A stretch of 64,000 nt of DNA from NCBI GenBank assembly GCA_963705105.1, contig CAVPIW010000006.1:576001-640000 (forward strand), in the 5' to 3' direction. Shown here one piece after another: positions 29,939 through 38,739 of the stretch. Position numbers and translations under genes: made by a program. Position 1 is the stretch's first letter. Every line of letters starts with the position of its first letter. Source of the stretch: an uncultured Nitrospiraceae bacterium. GTDB lineage: Bacteria; Nitrospirota; Thermodesulfovibrionia; Thermodesulfovibrionales; Dissulfurispiraceae. Under the pieces are notes generated by a model that had not been told where the DNA came from, did no database searches, and worked only from the letters and a program-made list of their open reading frames with translations.

Positions 29939-30727
29939 ATGATGACATCCGCTGATTTGGCCGGAAAGGTCGCCCTTGTAACGGGAAGCTCCCGGGGCAT
30001 CGGCGCCTCCATCGCCCGGACGCTCGCCGAGGCGGGCGCCGACGTGGTGATCAACTTCAGCAAAGCCGGGGGAAGGTCCCAGGGACAGGGACAGCTCCTG
30101 AAGGAGCAGATCGAAGGCATGGGCCGGCGGTCGTTGCTCGTGCAGGCCGACATAGCGGTCAAGGCATCGGTGAAGGACCTGTTTAAAGCCGTAGACGATC
30201 ATTTCGGGCGTCTCGACATCCTCGTCCTGAACGCGGCGAAGGCCCCCTTCAAACCCATCGAGCGTCTCCTCGAGCGGGAGATCCGGCAGCTCGTCGACAC
30301 GAATTACATAGGAAACGTTTTCTGTGTGCAGGAGTCCCTGCCCCTGCTCGGACGGTCGGGAGGCTCGATCGTCTTCATTTCCAGCCTTGGGAGCCGCTTC
30401 TACAATCAGTCTTATCCTCTCGGGAGCATGAAGGCGGCCATGGAATCCGTCGTGAGAGACCTCGCGGAAAGCCTGGGAGACAGGCACATACGTGTCAACG
30501 CCGTCTGCGGCGGCATCGTCAAGACCGATTCCTTCAAGGTCCTGCGGCAGTTCTGGGACGACATCGACATCATACCGGAGGAGCTCTTTGTCGAGCCCGA
30601 CGAACTCGCCGATGTGGTGCTCTTTCTCTGCCTCCCCGGCAGCAGGGCGATCCGGGGGCAGACGATCGTCGTCGACAGGGGACTGAGCAACATGCTCTCC
30701 AGGCCGATCCCCAAGGTGCGGTCGTGA
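29939..30727 (+). CDS. SDR, FabL-like enoyl-ACP reductase
   Basis: TGSSRGIG, LVLNAA, SSLGSRFY..SYPLGSMKAAME, VNAVCGG.VKTD resembling FabL. Confidence 0.75.
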   Translation: MMTSADLAGKVALVTGSSRGIGASIARTLAEAGADVVINFSKAGGRSQGQGQLLKEQIEGMGRRSLLVQADIAVKASVKDLFKAVDDHFGRLDILVLNAAKAPFKPIERLLEREIRQLVDTNYIGNVFCVQESLPLLGRSGGSIVFISSLGSRFYNQSYPLGSMKAAMESVVRDLAESLGDRHIRVNAVCGGIVKTDSFKVLRQFWDDIDIIPEELFVEPDELADVVLFLCLPGSRAIRGQTIVVDRGLSNMLSRPIPKVRS

Positions 30728-30736
30728 GCAGCGCTC

Positions 30737-30802
30737 TGTCATTGCAGTACGCCCCCGGGGAAGGCGGGGTGTATGCGCCGAAAACCTTGCTGACAGCGGC
30801 AC
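30737..30802. repeat. family A left-arm fragment
   Basis: TGTCATTGC...GGAAGGCGGGGTGTATGCGCCGAAAACCTTGCTG. Confidence 0.7.
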
Positions 30803-30940
30803 GTTCTCCGGACAATCGTAACGTGGTCTCGACTACTGAACTATTGACTACAGCTTATTGTCCGCTGGTTAGTGACATCTTCATCCCGCCTTTCTGGAAA
30901 GCGTATACAACGACAAGGTAAACTATCACGGAGGAAATAG

Positions 30941-31504
30941 ATGAAGCAGAGCATCGTATCCGAAGAAGCCGTCATCGAAGAGGTCAAAAAAGCAGTCGCC
31001 GACACCCTGAACATCGATATGGAAACCATTAAGCCGGAACACTCCCTCATCAGGGACCTCAACGCCGAGTCCCTCGATTTTCTCGACATCAATTACAGGC
31101 TGGAACAGGCCTTCGGCATACGGATGGCCCGTCACTTCATACTCGAGCACATCGAGGAGATGTTCGGCGAAGGATCTGCCATCGACGAGAACAGCCAGCT
31201 CACCGCCAAGGCCGTTTCTCTTCTCACGCACCGCATGGGTGAGGACATTCCGGAGCTCAAGGCCGGCATGGATATGGACGAAGTGCCGGCACTCATCACG
31301 ATACAGTCCATGGCTCGGGGTGTCATGGACATTCTCGATTCGCTGCCCGAGTCCTGCCCTGCCTGTGGAGCCAGGACCTGGAAGACCGCCGAAGGATCGC
31401 GGATCTCCTGCGGTTCCTGCAGCGCGCCGGCGCCCTTCGCGGGGGGGGATGACCTCATCAGGCAATGGCTGACGGATGTGCAGAAGGAACACAGGATTTT
31501 CTGA
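30941..31504 (+). CDS. atypical acyl carrier protein with insertion and C-terminal Zn ribbon
   Basis: DLNAESLDFLDI (Ser44 phosphopantetheine site), LEQAFGI; CPAC-x14-CGSC near C-terminus; GGAGG RBS. Confidence 0.85.
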   Translation: MKQSIVSEEAVIEEVKKAVADTLNIDMETIKPEHSLIRDLNAESLDFLDINYRLEQAFGIRMARHFILEHIEEMFGEGSAIDENSQLTAKAVSLLTHRMGEDIPELKAGMDMDEVPALITIQSMARGVMDILDSLPESCPACGARTWKTAEGSRISCGSCSAPAPFAGGDDLIRQWLTDVQKEHRIF

Positions 31505-31516
31505 CCGGGCCTGACG

Positions 31517-32827
31517 ATGCACCGCCGACCGATGATCGAGGGGGAGAGGAAAAGAAGGGTTGTCATTACCGGATACGGGATGATCACTCCCCTGGGGAAA
31601 GACTGCGAGGAGACCTTCGGCCGTGCGTCACGGGGACACTCAGGCATCGACTTCATCACCTCCTTTGACACAACAGGGCTGCCCTGCCGCATCGCCGGGG
31701 AGGTAAAGGACGAATGGATCGAGGCTACCGGGGCGGGGGCGGATGACGAGGTCCTGCAGTACTCGGGTCGCGGCCTGACGCTCATGAATTGTGCCACAGC
31801 AGAGGCTGCGCTCATGGCGGGCCTCTCCGGGATTGCGAACCGCGAGCGCGTCGGCGTCTCCCTCGGGTTTCACGGCGACTATGCCTCCGTCGAGGATATC
31901 GTGTCCCTCCACAGGCACCTGGGGAATGACGGCACATGGGACATGAAAGGCCTGATCGAAGACGGCGCCTATTCGCCGGTGAACTTCCTGAGGAGAAAAC
32001 CGGACATCGCCGTCTCCGGCCTCTCACGCCTTTTCGACTGCCGGGGACCGGGTCTCCCCGTCGTGTCCGCCTGCGCGGCAGGTACGCAGGCCATCGGCGA
32101 GGCCTGCAGCATCATACGGGACGGCAAGGCCGACGTGATGATCGCCGGGGGCTGCGAATCGACGCTGAACTTTCTCGGTTTCATCGGCTTCGTCCTGATC
32201 AGGGCCATGGCAGAGAAGTACACGGACCCGCGGAAGGCATCACGCCCCTTTGACCGCAGGCGCAGCGGCTTCGTCATGTCGGAGGGCGCAGGCGCCCTCA
32301 TACTCGAAGATCTCGATCACGCGCGGTCCCGCCGGGCGCCGGTGTACGGAGAAGTCCTCGGCTACGGCGCATCAGCCGATGCGTACAGGATCACGGACGT
32401 CCATCCGAAGGGAACGGGAGCCGTCCTGGCGATGCGCCGCGCCATTGAAGACGCGGGCCTTTCAGCCGGCGACGTCGACTACATCAACGCCCACGGGACG
32501 TCGACAACCCAGAACGACCCCGTCGAGACTCGCGCCATCAGGGAGGTCTTCGGTGACCGGGCCGGCAGGATCCCTGTCAGCTCGAACAAGTCGATGCTCG
32601 GCCATACCATCGCGGCGGCAGGGGCGATCGAGTGCATCCTCTCCCTCATCGGCATGCATCGCTCCATCATCCTGCCGACGATCAACTATGAGTTCCCCGA
32701 TCCCAAATGCGACCTCGATTACGTGCCCAATGAAGCGCGCACGCAGGAACACGGCGTCGTCCTGTCCAATTCCTTCGGTTTCGGGGGACAGAACGCCTGC
32801 CTCTGCATCGGGAAGTTCAATGAATAG
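31517..32827 (+). CDS. beta-ketoacyl-ACP synthase (FabF-like), catalytic Cys-His-His
   Basis: SACAAG, INAHGTST, KSMLGH, NSFGFGG. Confidence 0.92.
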   Translation: MHRRPMIEGERKRRVVITGYGMITPLGKDCEETFGRASRGHSGIDFITSFDTTGLPCRIAGEVKDEWIEATGAGADDEVLQYSGRGLTLMNCATAEAALMAGLSGIANRERVGVSLGFHGDYASVEDIVSLHRHLGNDGTWDMKGLIEDGAYSPVNFLRRKPDIAVSGLSRLFDCRGPGLPVVSACAAGTQAIGEACSIIRDGKADVMIAGGCESTLNFLGFIGFVLIRAMAEKYTDPRKASRPFDRRRSGFVMSEGAGALILEDLDHARSRRAPVYGEVLGYGASADAYRITDVHPKGTGAVLAMRRAIEDAGLSAGDVDYINAHGTSTTQNDPVETRAIREVFGDRAGRIPVSSNKSMLGHTIAAAGAIECILSLIGMHRSIILPTINYEFPDPKCDLDYVPNEARTQEHGVVLSNSFGFGGQNACLCIGKFNE

Positions 32828-32832
32828 AGAAC

Positions 32833-34101
32833 ATGGATGATCCTATCGTCATAACCGGCATGGGCATCGCAACCTCCCTCGGACGGGATGCGGACGAGGT
32901 CTGGCGGGCCCTCCTCTCCGGCGCGACGGGGATCGGGCCCGTCAGAGGCTTTGACGCCTCCGGCTTTCCATGCCCGCTTGCCGCCCAGATCACCGCTCCC
33001 GATGCCCCTGATACCGGGATCCCGTCCCGTGACGGGCGAGTCACGGACAGTCCAGCCTGCCTTACGAAGAGCGCCCACGACGCCTGCCGTCAGTCACACA
33101 TCGACACGGTCCAGCCGGAGGACATCTCCTTCTTTGCCGGCATGGGCATGATTGATTACAGTCCTGATGACCTCATTCGCGCCGTCCTGTATTCCCGTGA
33201 CAAAGCGGGCGCTCTCGATTACGACCTCTTCTTCAGCGAGGGATACAGGGAGATTCCCCCGCTTTGGCCCCTGGCGATGCTGAACAATGTGATCTTTTGC
33301 GAGGTCGCCATAAACCTCGGCATAAGGGGTGAAAATACCGTCTTTTCACCCCACGCCGATTCCGGCGCCCGTGCTGTCGCCGAGGCGATGTACACGGTGA
33401 GGGAGCACCCCGCGGGGGTCACCCTTGCCGGCGGCGTCAGCGAAAAGGTCTCCCTCTCAAGTCTCGCGAGGGCCCATCTCTCCGGCGCCCTGAGCACCGG
33501 CGGAGGAAGGAACACCTGCGCCTGCCGTCCCTTCAGCGTCGACCGCAATGGGACAATCCTCGGAGAAGGGACCGCCCTGCTTGTGCTGGAGCGTCAGTCC
33601 TCCGCCGGACGGAGAGGAGTGTCTCCCCTGGCAGCGCTCATGGGATATGGTACGGCCAGCGAAAGCAGGGACGTTGCCGGGGGGCCGACGCCGGCCGCCG
33701 TTGTTGAAGCAATGGAATTGGCCCTTGCCGACGCCGGTCTCAAAGCGTCGGACATCGATGCCGTTGTCGCACACGGCGATGGGACGGTGGATGGCGACAG
33801 CATCGAGACAGCCGCCCTCGGCCGGGTTTTTTCCCGCTCCAGCCGTCGACCCGGTATATATTCATCAAAGGGTGCGATCGGCCATCTCCTCGCCGGCGCT
33901 CCCGTCGCCGATGCCGTCATCGCCGTATCAATGATCCGGACGGGCATCATCCCGGGGACGATCACATCGCTCCCCCTGGAGAACAGTATCTCTCCGCTCG
34001 TCGTTTACGGGGAGCCGAAAAAGACCAACCCGACAAGGGTCCTCGTCAATTGCCAAAGCGTCGAGGGACAGGCGGCATCCATCATCGTGGGCGCGGTGTA
34101 G
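32833..34101 (+). CDS. ketosynthase-like protein lacking catalytic Cys (CLF-like)
   Basis: KS fold motifs; GENTVFSPHADSG places Ala at the Cys position; AHGDGT and KGAIGH retained. Confidence 0.85.
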   Translation: MDDPIVITGMGIATSLGRDADEVWRALLSGATGIGPVRGFDASGFPCPLAAQITAPDAPDTGIPSRDGRVTDSPACLTKSAHDACRQSHIDTVQPEDISFFAGMGMIDYSPDDLIRAVLYSRDKAGALDYDLFFSEGYREIPPLWPLAMLNNVIFCEVAINLGIRGENTVFSPHADSGARAVAEAMYTVREHPAGVTLAGGVSEKVSLSSLARAHLSGALSTGGGRNTCACRPFSVDRNGTILGEGTALLVLERQSSAGRRGVSPLAALMGYGTASESRDVAGGPTPAAVVEAMELALADAGLKASDIDAVVAHGDGTVDGDSIETAALGRVFSRSSRRPGIYSSKGAIGHLLAGAPVADAVIAVSMIRTGIIPGTITSLPLENSISPLVVYGEPKKTNPTRVLVNCQSVEGQAASIIVGAV

Positions 34102-34109
34102 GGGGCGGC

Positions 34110-34547
34110 ATGCGTTTTCTTTTTTATGACGTCGTGACGGACATCGAAAAAGGGAAATCAATACGGGGCATAAAGACGTTCGCCCTCTCGGAAGAGATTT
34201 TCCGCCGGCATTTCCGGAGGGAGGCCGTCATTCCCGGCGTGATCATGATCGAGGCGATGGCCCAGATTCTCGGGTGGCTCATCATTTACAGCCATGATTT
34301 CACGGTCTCTCCCGTCATGTCCCTCATCGAGGATGTGAAAGTCACCCCGCGCCTCAGGCCGGGGATTGCAGTGGAAATCGCCGGAGAGATCATCTCGACC
34401 TCACCGGGGGATTCCCTCGGGAGGGTGCGCATGACCGCCGGGGGCAAAGAGATCGCGTCTATCGGCCGCATCATTTACAGCCATGTCCGGAAGGCGGCGC
34501 CCGATGAACTTAGAAAGAGATTCCGCTATTACGGCGGTGTGTCATGA
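34110..34547 (+). CDS. FabZ/FabA-like hotdog dehydratase
   Basis: MRFLFYD, HF...VIPGVIMIEAMAQ, PG. Confidence 0.85.
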   Translation: MRFLFYDVVTDIEKGKSIRGIKTFALSEEIFRRHFRREAVIPGVIMIEAMAQILGWLIIYSHDFTVSPVMSLIEDVKVTPRLRPGIAVEIAGEIISTSPGDSLGRVRMTAGGKEIASIGRIIYSHVRKAAPDELRKRFRYYGGVS

Positions 34548-35836
34548 AAAGGAATAAAAGAAAGGTGGTCGTGACCGGTCTCGGCATGGTGACCCCCCTG
34601 GGGCTCGACGTCGAAGAGACCTGGACAAGGCTTCTCGCCGGAGAATCGGGCGTCAGGAGGATATCCTGTCCGGAGACGACGCACTCGCCGATACAGGCTG
34701 TCGGTGACGTGCGTGAAGAGGACTGGCGCGTGATTACAGAGGCATTTCCGGATGAAGCGGGCCGCGAGGGAGAGAGGAGAACGCTCTTCGCCCTCTGGGC
34801 TGCAGAAAGGGCCCTTTCCGACGCGGGACTGACAGGTTCGGCGCTATCGGGGCGCCGCAGCGGCGTGATGCTTGCGACAGGGATCGGCATCAACAGGCTT
34901 GAGGACATACACCGGTGGACCCTGGCCAACGGGACCTTCGATGCCCTCCGTTTCGGCTCCGAATTCTCTGCTGTGCACGCCGAGTCGATCGTGCGGAATC
35001 ATTCCCACAGGCCGGCCGCGCTCATAGCAAAACGATACGGCCTCAGGGGACCGAACGCCACCCTGACAACGGCCTGCGCTTCGACGACACAGGCGATCGG
35101 CTTCTCCTTCAGGTCCATCCGGAGAGGCGAGGCCGACATCATGGTCGCCGGCGGCACCGATTCCATGATCAACCCCGTGGGACTCGTCTTTTTCGTTCTT
35201 CTCGGGGCCGCCTCGACAACAGCGGATGACCCCGCGTCGGCATGCCGCCCCTTCGACAGGAAACGGTCGGGCCTCGTCATGGGCGAGGGGGCCGGCATGG
35301 TCGTGCTGGAGGAGGAAGACCACGCCCTGTCCCGGGGCGCAACGATCTATGCCGAGGTGGCCGGCTTCGGCACGTCCCTCGATGCCTACCGGATCACGGC
35401 CCCCCACCCCGAGGGGCGCGGGGCGATCCAGGCCATGCGCGCATCCCTTGATGACGCGGGGCTCGAACCCGATGCAATCGATTATATCAACGCACACGGG
35501 ACGGGAACGAAGCGGAACGATGTCGTCGAGACCGAGGCGATCAAGCAGCTCTTCGGCGATCATGCCTACCGCATGGCCGTCAGTTCGACGAAGTCGATGA
35601 TGGGCCACCTGCTCTGCGCGGCCGGAGGCCCTGAATTCGCCTTTACGGTCCTTTCCGTCAACCGCGACAGGGTCCACCCAACGATCAATCTCACCAGCCC
35701 CGACCCGAAATGCGATCTCGATTATGTACCGCACGTCATGAAGGAACGGGACATCCGTGCGGCTATCTCGAATTCCTTCGGCTTCGGCGGCCAGAACGCC
35801 TCGATCGTCGTCAGGAAATACCGGAGGGATATATGA
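34544..35836 (+). CDS. beta-ketoacyl-ACP synthase (FabF-like), catalytic Cys-His-His
   Basis: TACAST, INAHGTGT, KSMMGH, NSFGFGG. Confidence 0.92.
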   Translation: MKRNKRKVVVTGLGMVTPLGLDVEETWTRLLAGESGVRRISCPETTHSPIQAVGDVREEDWRVITEAFPDEAGREGERRTLFALWAAERALSDAGLTGSALSGRRSGVMLATGIGINRLEDIHRWTLANGTFDALRFGSEFSAVHAESIVRNHSHRPAALIAKRYGLRGPNATLTTACASTTQAIGFSFRSIRRGEADIMVAGGTDSMINPVGLVFFVLLGAASTTADDPASACRPFDRKRSGLVMGEGAGMVVLEEEDHALSRGATIYAEVAGFGTSLDAYRITAPHPEGRGAIQAMRASLDDAGLEPDAIDYINAHGTGTKRNDVVETEAIKQLFGDHAYRMAVSSTKSMMGHLLCAAGGPEFAFTVLSVNRDRVHPTINLTSPDPKCDLDYVPHVMKERDIRAAISNSFGFGGQNASIVVRKYRRDI

Positions 35837-36585
35837 AGATCGACTTGAACGGGAAGATTGCCCTTGTCACGGGGGCATCCAGGGGCATCGGCAAGGAGAC
35901 AGCCGTTGTCCTTGCCGAAGCGGGCGCGAGGGTCATCATCAACTATAAGGCCACCGAGGAAGCGGCCCGGCAGCTCCATGACGGGCTTGCCGAAAGAGGG
36001 CTCGCCTGCGAGACCGTCCGGGCCGACGTGAGCGACCCTGACGACGTGGCGCATCTCTTCGACGCCATCCGGCAGAAACACGGGCGGATCGACATCCTCG
36101 TGAACAATGCCGGAGTGATCAGGGACAATCTCCTGCTGACCATGGAGCTGTCCGACTGGGACAAAGTTGTCGACCTGAACCTCAGGGGCGCTTTCCTCTG
36201 CACGAAGCACGCCGCCGAGCTGATGCTGCCAAACCATGCCGGCAAGATCATCAATGTCTCGTCCGTCGGGGCCCTCAGGGGAGGCCGCGGGCAGACGAAT
36301 TACGCGGCAGCGAAGGGCGGCCTCATCTCCTTCACGAGGGCCTGCGCCGTCGAGCTCTCCGGGAAGGGCATCCAGGTCAACGCCGTCCTGCCGGGCCTGA
36401 TCGAGACGGACATGACGAAACGGGTGAGGAAGCGGGCCGGCGACGAGATCCTGAAGGCGATCCCTTCGGGACGTTTCGGCACGCCTCAGGACGTGGCCAG
36501 ACTCATCCTCTTCCTGGCATCAAGCCTGTCCGACTATATCACCGGCCAGGCGATAGCAGTCGATGGGGGGATGACGGCCCTGTGA
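35833..36585 (+). CDS. fabG: 3-oxoacyl-ACP reductase
   Basis: TGASRGIG, LVNNAG, NYAAAK, PGLIETDMT; ATGA overlap with the KS stop. Confidence 0.9.
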   Translation: MKIDLNGKIALVTGASRGIGKETAVVLAEAGARVIINYKATEEAARQLHDGLAERGLACETVRADVSDPDDVAHLFDAIRQKHGRIDILVNNAGVIRDNLLLTMELSDWDKVVDLNLRGAFLCTKHAAELMLPNHAGKIINVSSVGALRGGRGQTNYAAAKGGLISFTRACAVELSGKGIQVNAVLPGLIETDMTKRVRKRAGDEILKAIPSGRFGTPQDVARLILFLASSLSDYITGQAIAVDGGMTAL

Positions 36586-36968
36586 AGATCTATCACGGCA
36601 TCGACATCGTAGAGATGGGCAAGTTCAGGACCATTGCCGGCCGGCACGAACGCATGCTCGACGATGTATTCACCGACGAAGAGCGGCGCTATTGTCACGC
36701 CCAGGCCGATCCCCTGCTCCATTTCGCGGGACGCTTCGCTGCGAAGGAGTCCTGTCTCAAGGCCCTCGGGATCGGTCTCTCCGTGACGGGCATCGATGCC
36801 GTTCTCGGGCAGATCGGCGTCCGCTCCGGCCCTTCGGGAAAACCGTCCCTGGCCTTCAGCGGCTGGGCCGCAGGGATCGTACAAAGAAAAAGAATCGGCG
36901 ATGCCGTTGTGACGATCTCCCATTCCGGGGACTACGCCGTCGCATCGGTCATCCTCGTCGGATTGTGA
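36582..36968 (+). CDS. acpS: cluster-associated holo-ACP synthase (second AcpS paralog)
   Basis: HGIDIVE, GRFAAKE, SGKP, TISH. Confidence 0.9.
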   Translation: MKIYHGIDIVEMGKFRTIAGRHERMLDDVFTDEERRYCHAQADPLLHFAGRFAAKESCLKALGIGLSVTGIDAVLGQIGVRSGPSGKPSLAFSGWAAGIVQRKRIGDAVVTISHSGDYAVASVILVGL

Positions 36969-36980
36969 AAGGGGGAGCGT

Positions 36981-37439
36981 GTGCGGTACCTTTTGGTCGA
37001 TTCCATCGGGGCATGGACACCGGGCGAGCAGATCCAGGGCAGCAAGAACATCGCTATGAGTGAGGATTTTCTCGAATTCCATTTCCCGGGAAACCCCGTC
37101 ATGCCCGGCGTGCTGATGCTCGAAGCGATGACACAGCTCGCCGGATGGCTCGAAGCGGCGTCGTCGGATTTCAGGAACTGGCTCCTCATCGCAGAGGTGA
37201 AAAACTGCAGGTTCTACCGCCTTGCCGTTCCGGGCGACCGGATCGAGCTCACCGTTACCTTCCTTCCCGGCCCGGCACCGGGGCAGCGGTCCTGCCGGGG
37301 GATCGGGACCGTGGGGGGGAAAAAGACGATCCTTGCCGAGTTCACCGCCGGCGTTGTGGCGCTGGAGGAACTTGAAAGCGCGGACGAGCAGAGGAAGCTC
37401 TTCCAGGTGCTCACGAGAGGACAGGTGAAAGGTGACTGA
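36981..37439 (+). CDS. FabZ-like dehydratase
   Basis: HFPGNPVMPGVLMLEAMTQ, VPGD. Confidence 0.9.
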   Translation: MRYLLVDSIGAWTPGEQIQGSKNIAMSEDFLEFHFPGNPVMPGVLMLEAMTQLAGWLEAASSDFRNWLLIAEVKNCRFYRLAVPGDRIELTVTFLPGPAPGQRSCRGIGTVGGKKTILAEFTAGVVALEELESADEQRKLFQVLTRGQVKGD

Positions 37440-38739
37440 GAGGCACGTCGTCATAACAGGGATGGGGCTTGTCACACCTCTCGGCGTCGGCATCGAAGAA
37501 AACCGGACGCACCTGCGCGACCTGAAAACAGGCATTGCCCGGCATGCGGCACCGGCCATGCCGGAACGCTTCGCCTATGCCGGAAAGATCACCGGCGACC
37601 TGAAATTTGAAGGGGATAACGATCCGAAGGTAAAGGGACAGTTGAAGTTTCTCAACAGAGGCTCATTGCTCGGTTTCCTTGCCGCCCGCGAGGCGATCTC
37701 TTCATCGGGAATCAACCTCGACGTCCTCAGCCCCGAAAAGCGCTCCCTCTACATCGCCTCGGGAGACCAGACCAAGGTCGGCTATGATTTCCTTTATCCC
37801 GCCGTCCGCGACAGCGCAGACCCGGAATGGCGGAATGCGGACAGGCAAAAACTGAACCGCTCCACTCTCGACAAGGTCAACCCCTTCTTCCTGCTCGAAT
37901 CCATCCTGAACAACCTCTTCAGTTTCCTCTCGGCCTTCTTCGAATGCATGGGACCAAACACGACGCTGGGCAGTCATTCGCCCTGCGGGGTCAGCGCCCT
38001 TGAGCTCGGCTGCCGGAGCATCCGCAACGGGACGGCGGACATGGCCCTCGTCGTCGGGTGCGGGAACTGGATCACCGGGATTCCCCTCTATGAAATGGAC
38101 GGCCTCGGGCTGATCTCAGGGTGCCACGACGGCGCCGCCTCGTTCAGGCCCTTTGACATGCGAAGGGATGGATACATACCGGGAGAGGGAGGCGCTGCCG
38201 TTCTTCTGGAGGCGGCAGACAGCGCGGCGGACCGCAAAGCGCCCGTTCATGCCCGTCTGGAGGGATTCGGCAGCACCGTCACGCCGGCCTTCGGCGGCAG
38301 CGGCATGGTCATCCCGGATCTCATCAGCGCACGGAGCATTGCGGCTGCCCTCGGCGATGCGGGAGCGGGGCTGTCCGATCTTTCCTTTATCGTTGCCCAT
38401 GGCGAGGGCTCACCCGCGGGAGACCGGTCCGAGCTTGCGTCTATTGCCGCTGTCAACGGCGGTGTCATGCCCCCCGTGCCGATGTGCGCGCTCAAGCCCT
38501 ATACCGGCCACCTTGCCGCGGCGAGCGACATCGCCGACATCATCCTCTCCGTCATGGCCGCACGAGAGGGCATGGTCCCGGGGACCCTCAATTTTGCGGA
38601 GCCCGACGGGGAATTCAGGGAGGCCAATATATCGGCCCTCCATCGGCCCTGCAAGGGCGGACCGTTCCTCTCTGTCAGCTACGGTTTGGGCGGGCAGTCC
38701 TCGGCCGTCGTCGTGAGGCCGATGCAGGATCATGACTGA
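37432..38739 (+). CDS. ketosynthase-like protein with Cys->Ser at the catalytic position
   Basis: GPNTTLGSHSPCG vs GPNATLTTACAST; AHGEGS and KPYTGH retained. Confidence 0.85.
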   Translation: MTERHVVITGMGLVTPLGVGIEENRTHLRDLKTGIARHAAPAMPERFAYAGKITGDLKFEGDNDPKVKGQLKFLNRGSLLGFLAAREAISSSGINLDVLSPEKRSLYIASGDQTKVGYDFLYPAVRDSADPEWRNADRQKLNRSTLDKVNPFFLLESILNNLFSFLSAFFECMGPNTTLGSHSPCGVSALELGCRSIRNGTADMALVVGCGNWITGIPLYEMDGLGLISGCHDGAASFRPFDMRRDGYIPGEGGAAVLLEAADSAADRKAPVHARLEGFGSTVTPAFGGSGMVIPDLISARSIAAALGDAGAGLSDLSFIVAHGEGSPAGDRSELASIAAVNGGVMPPVPMCALKPYTGHLAAASDIADIILSVMAAREGMVPGTLNFAEPDGEFREANISALHRPCKGGPFLSVSYGLGGQSSAVVVRPMQDHD

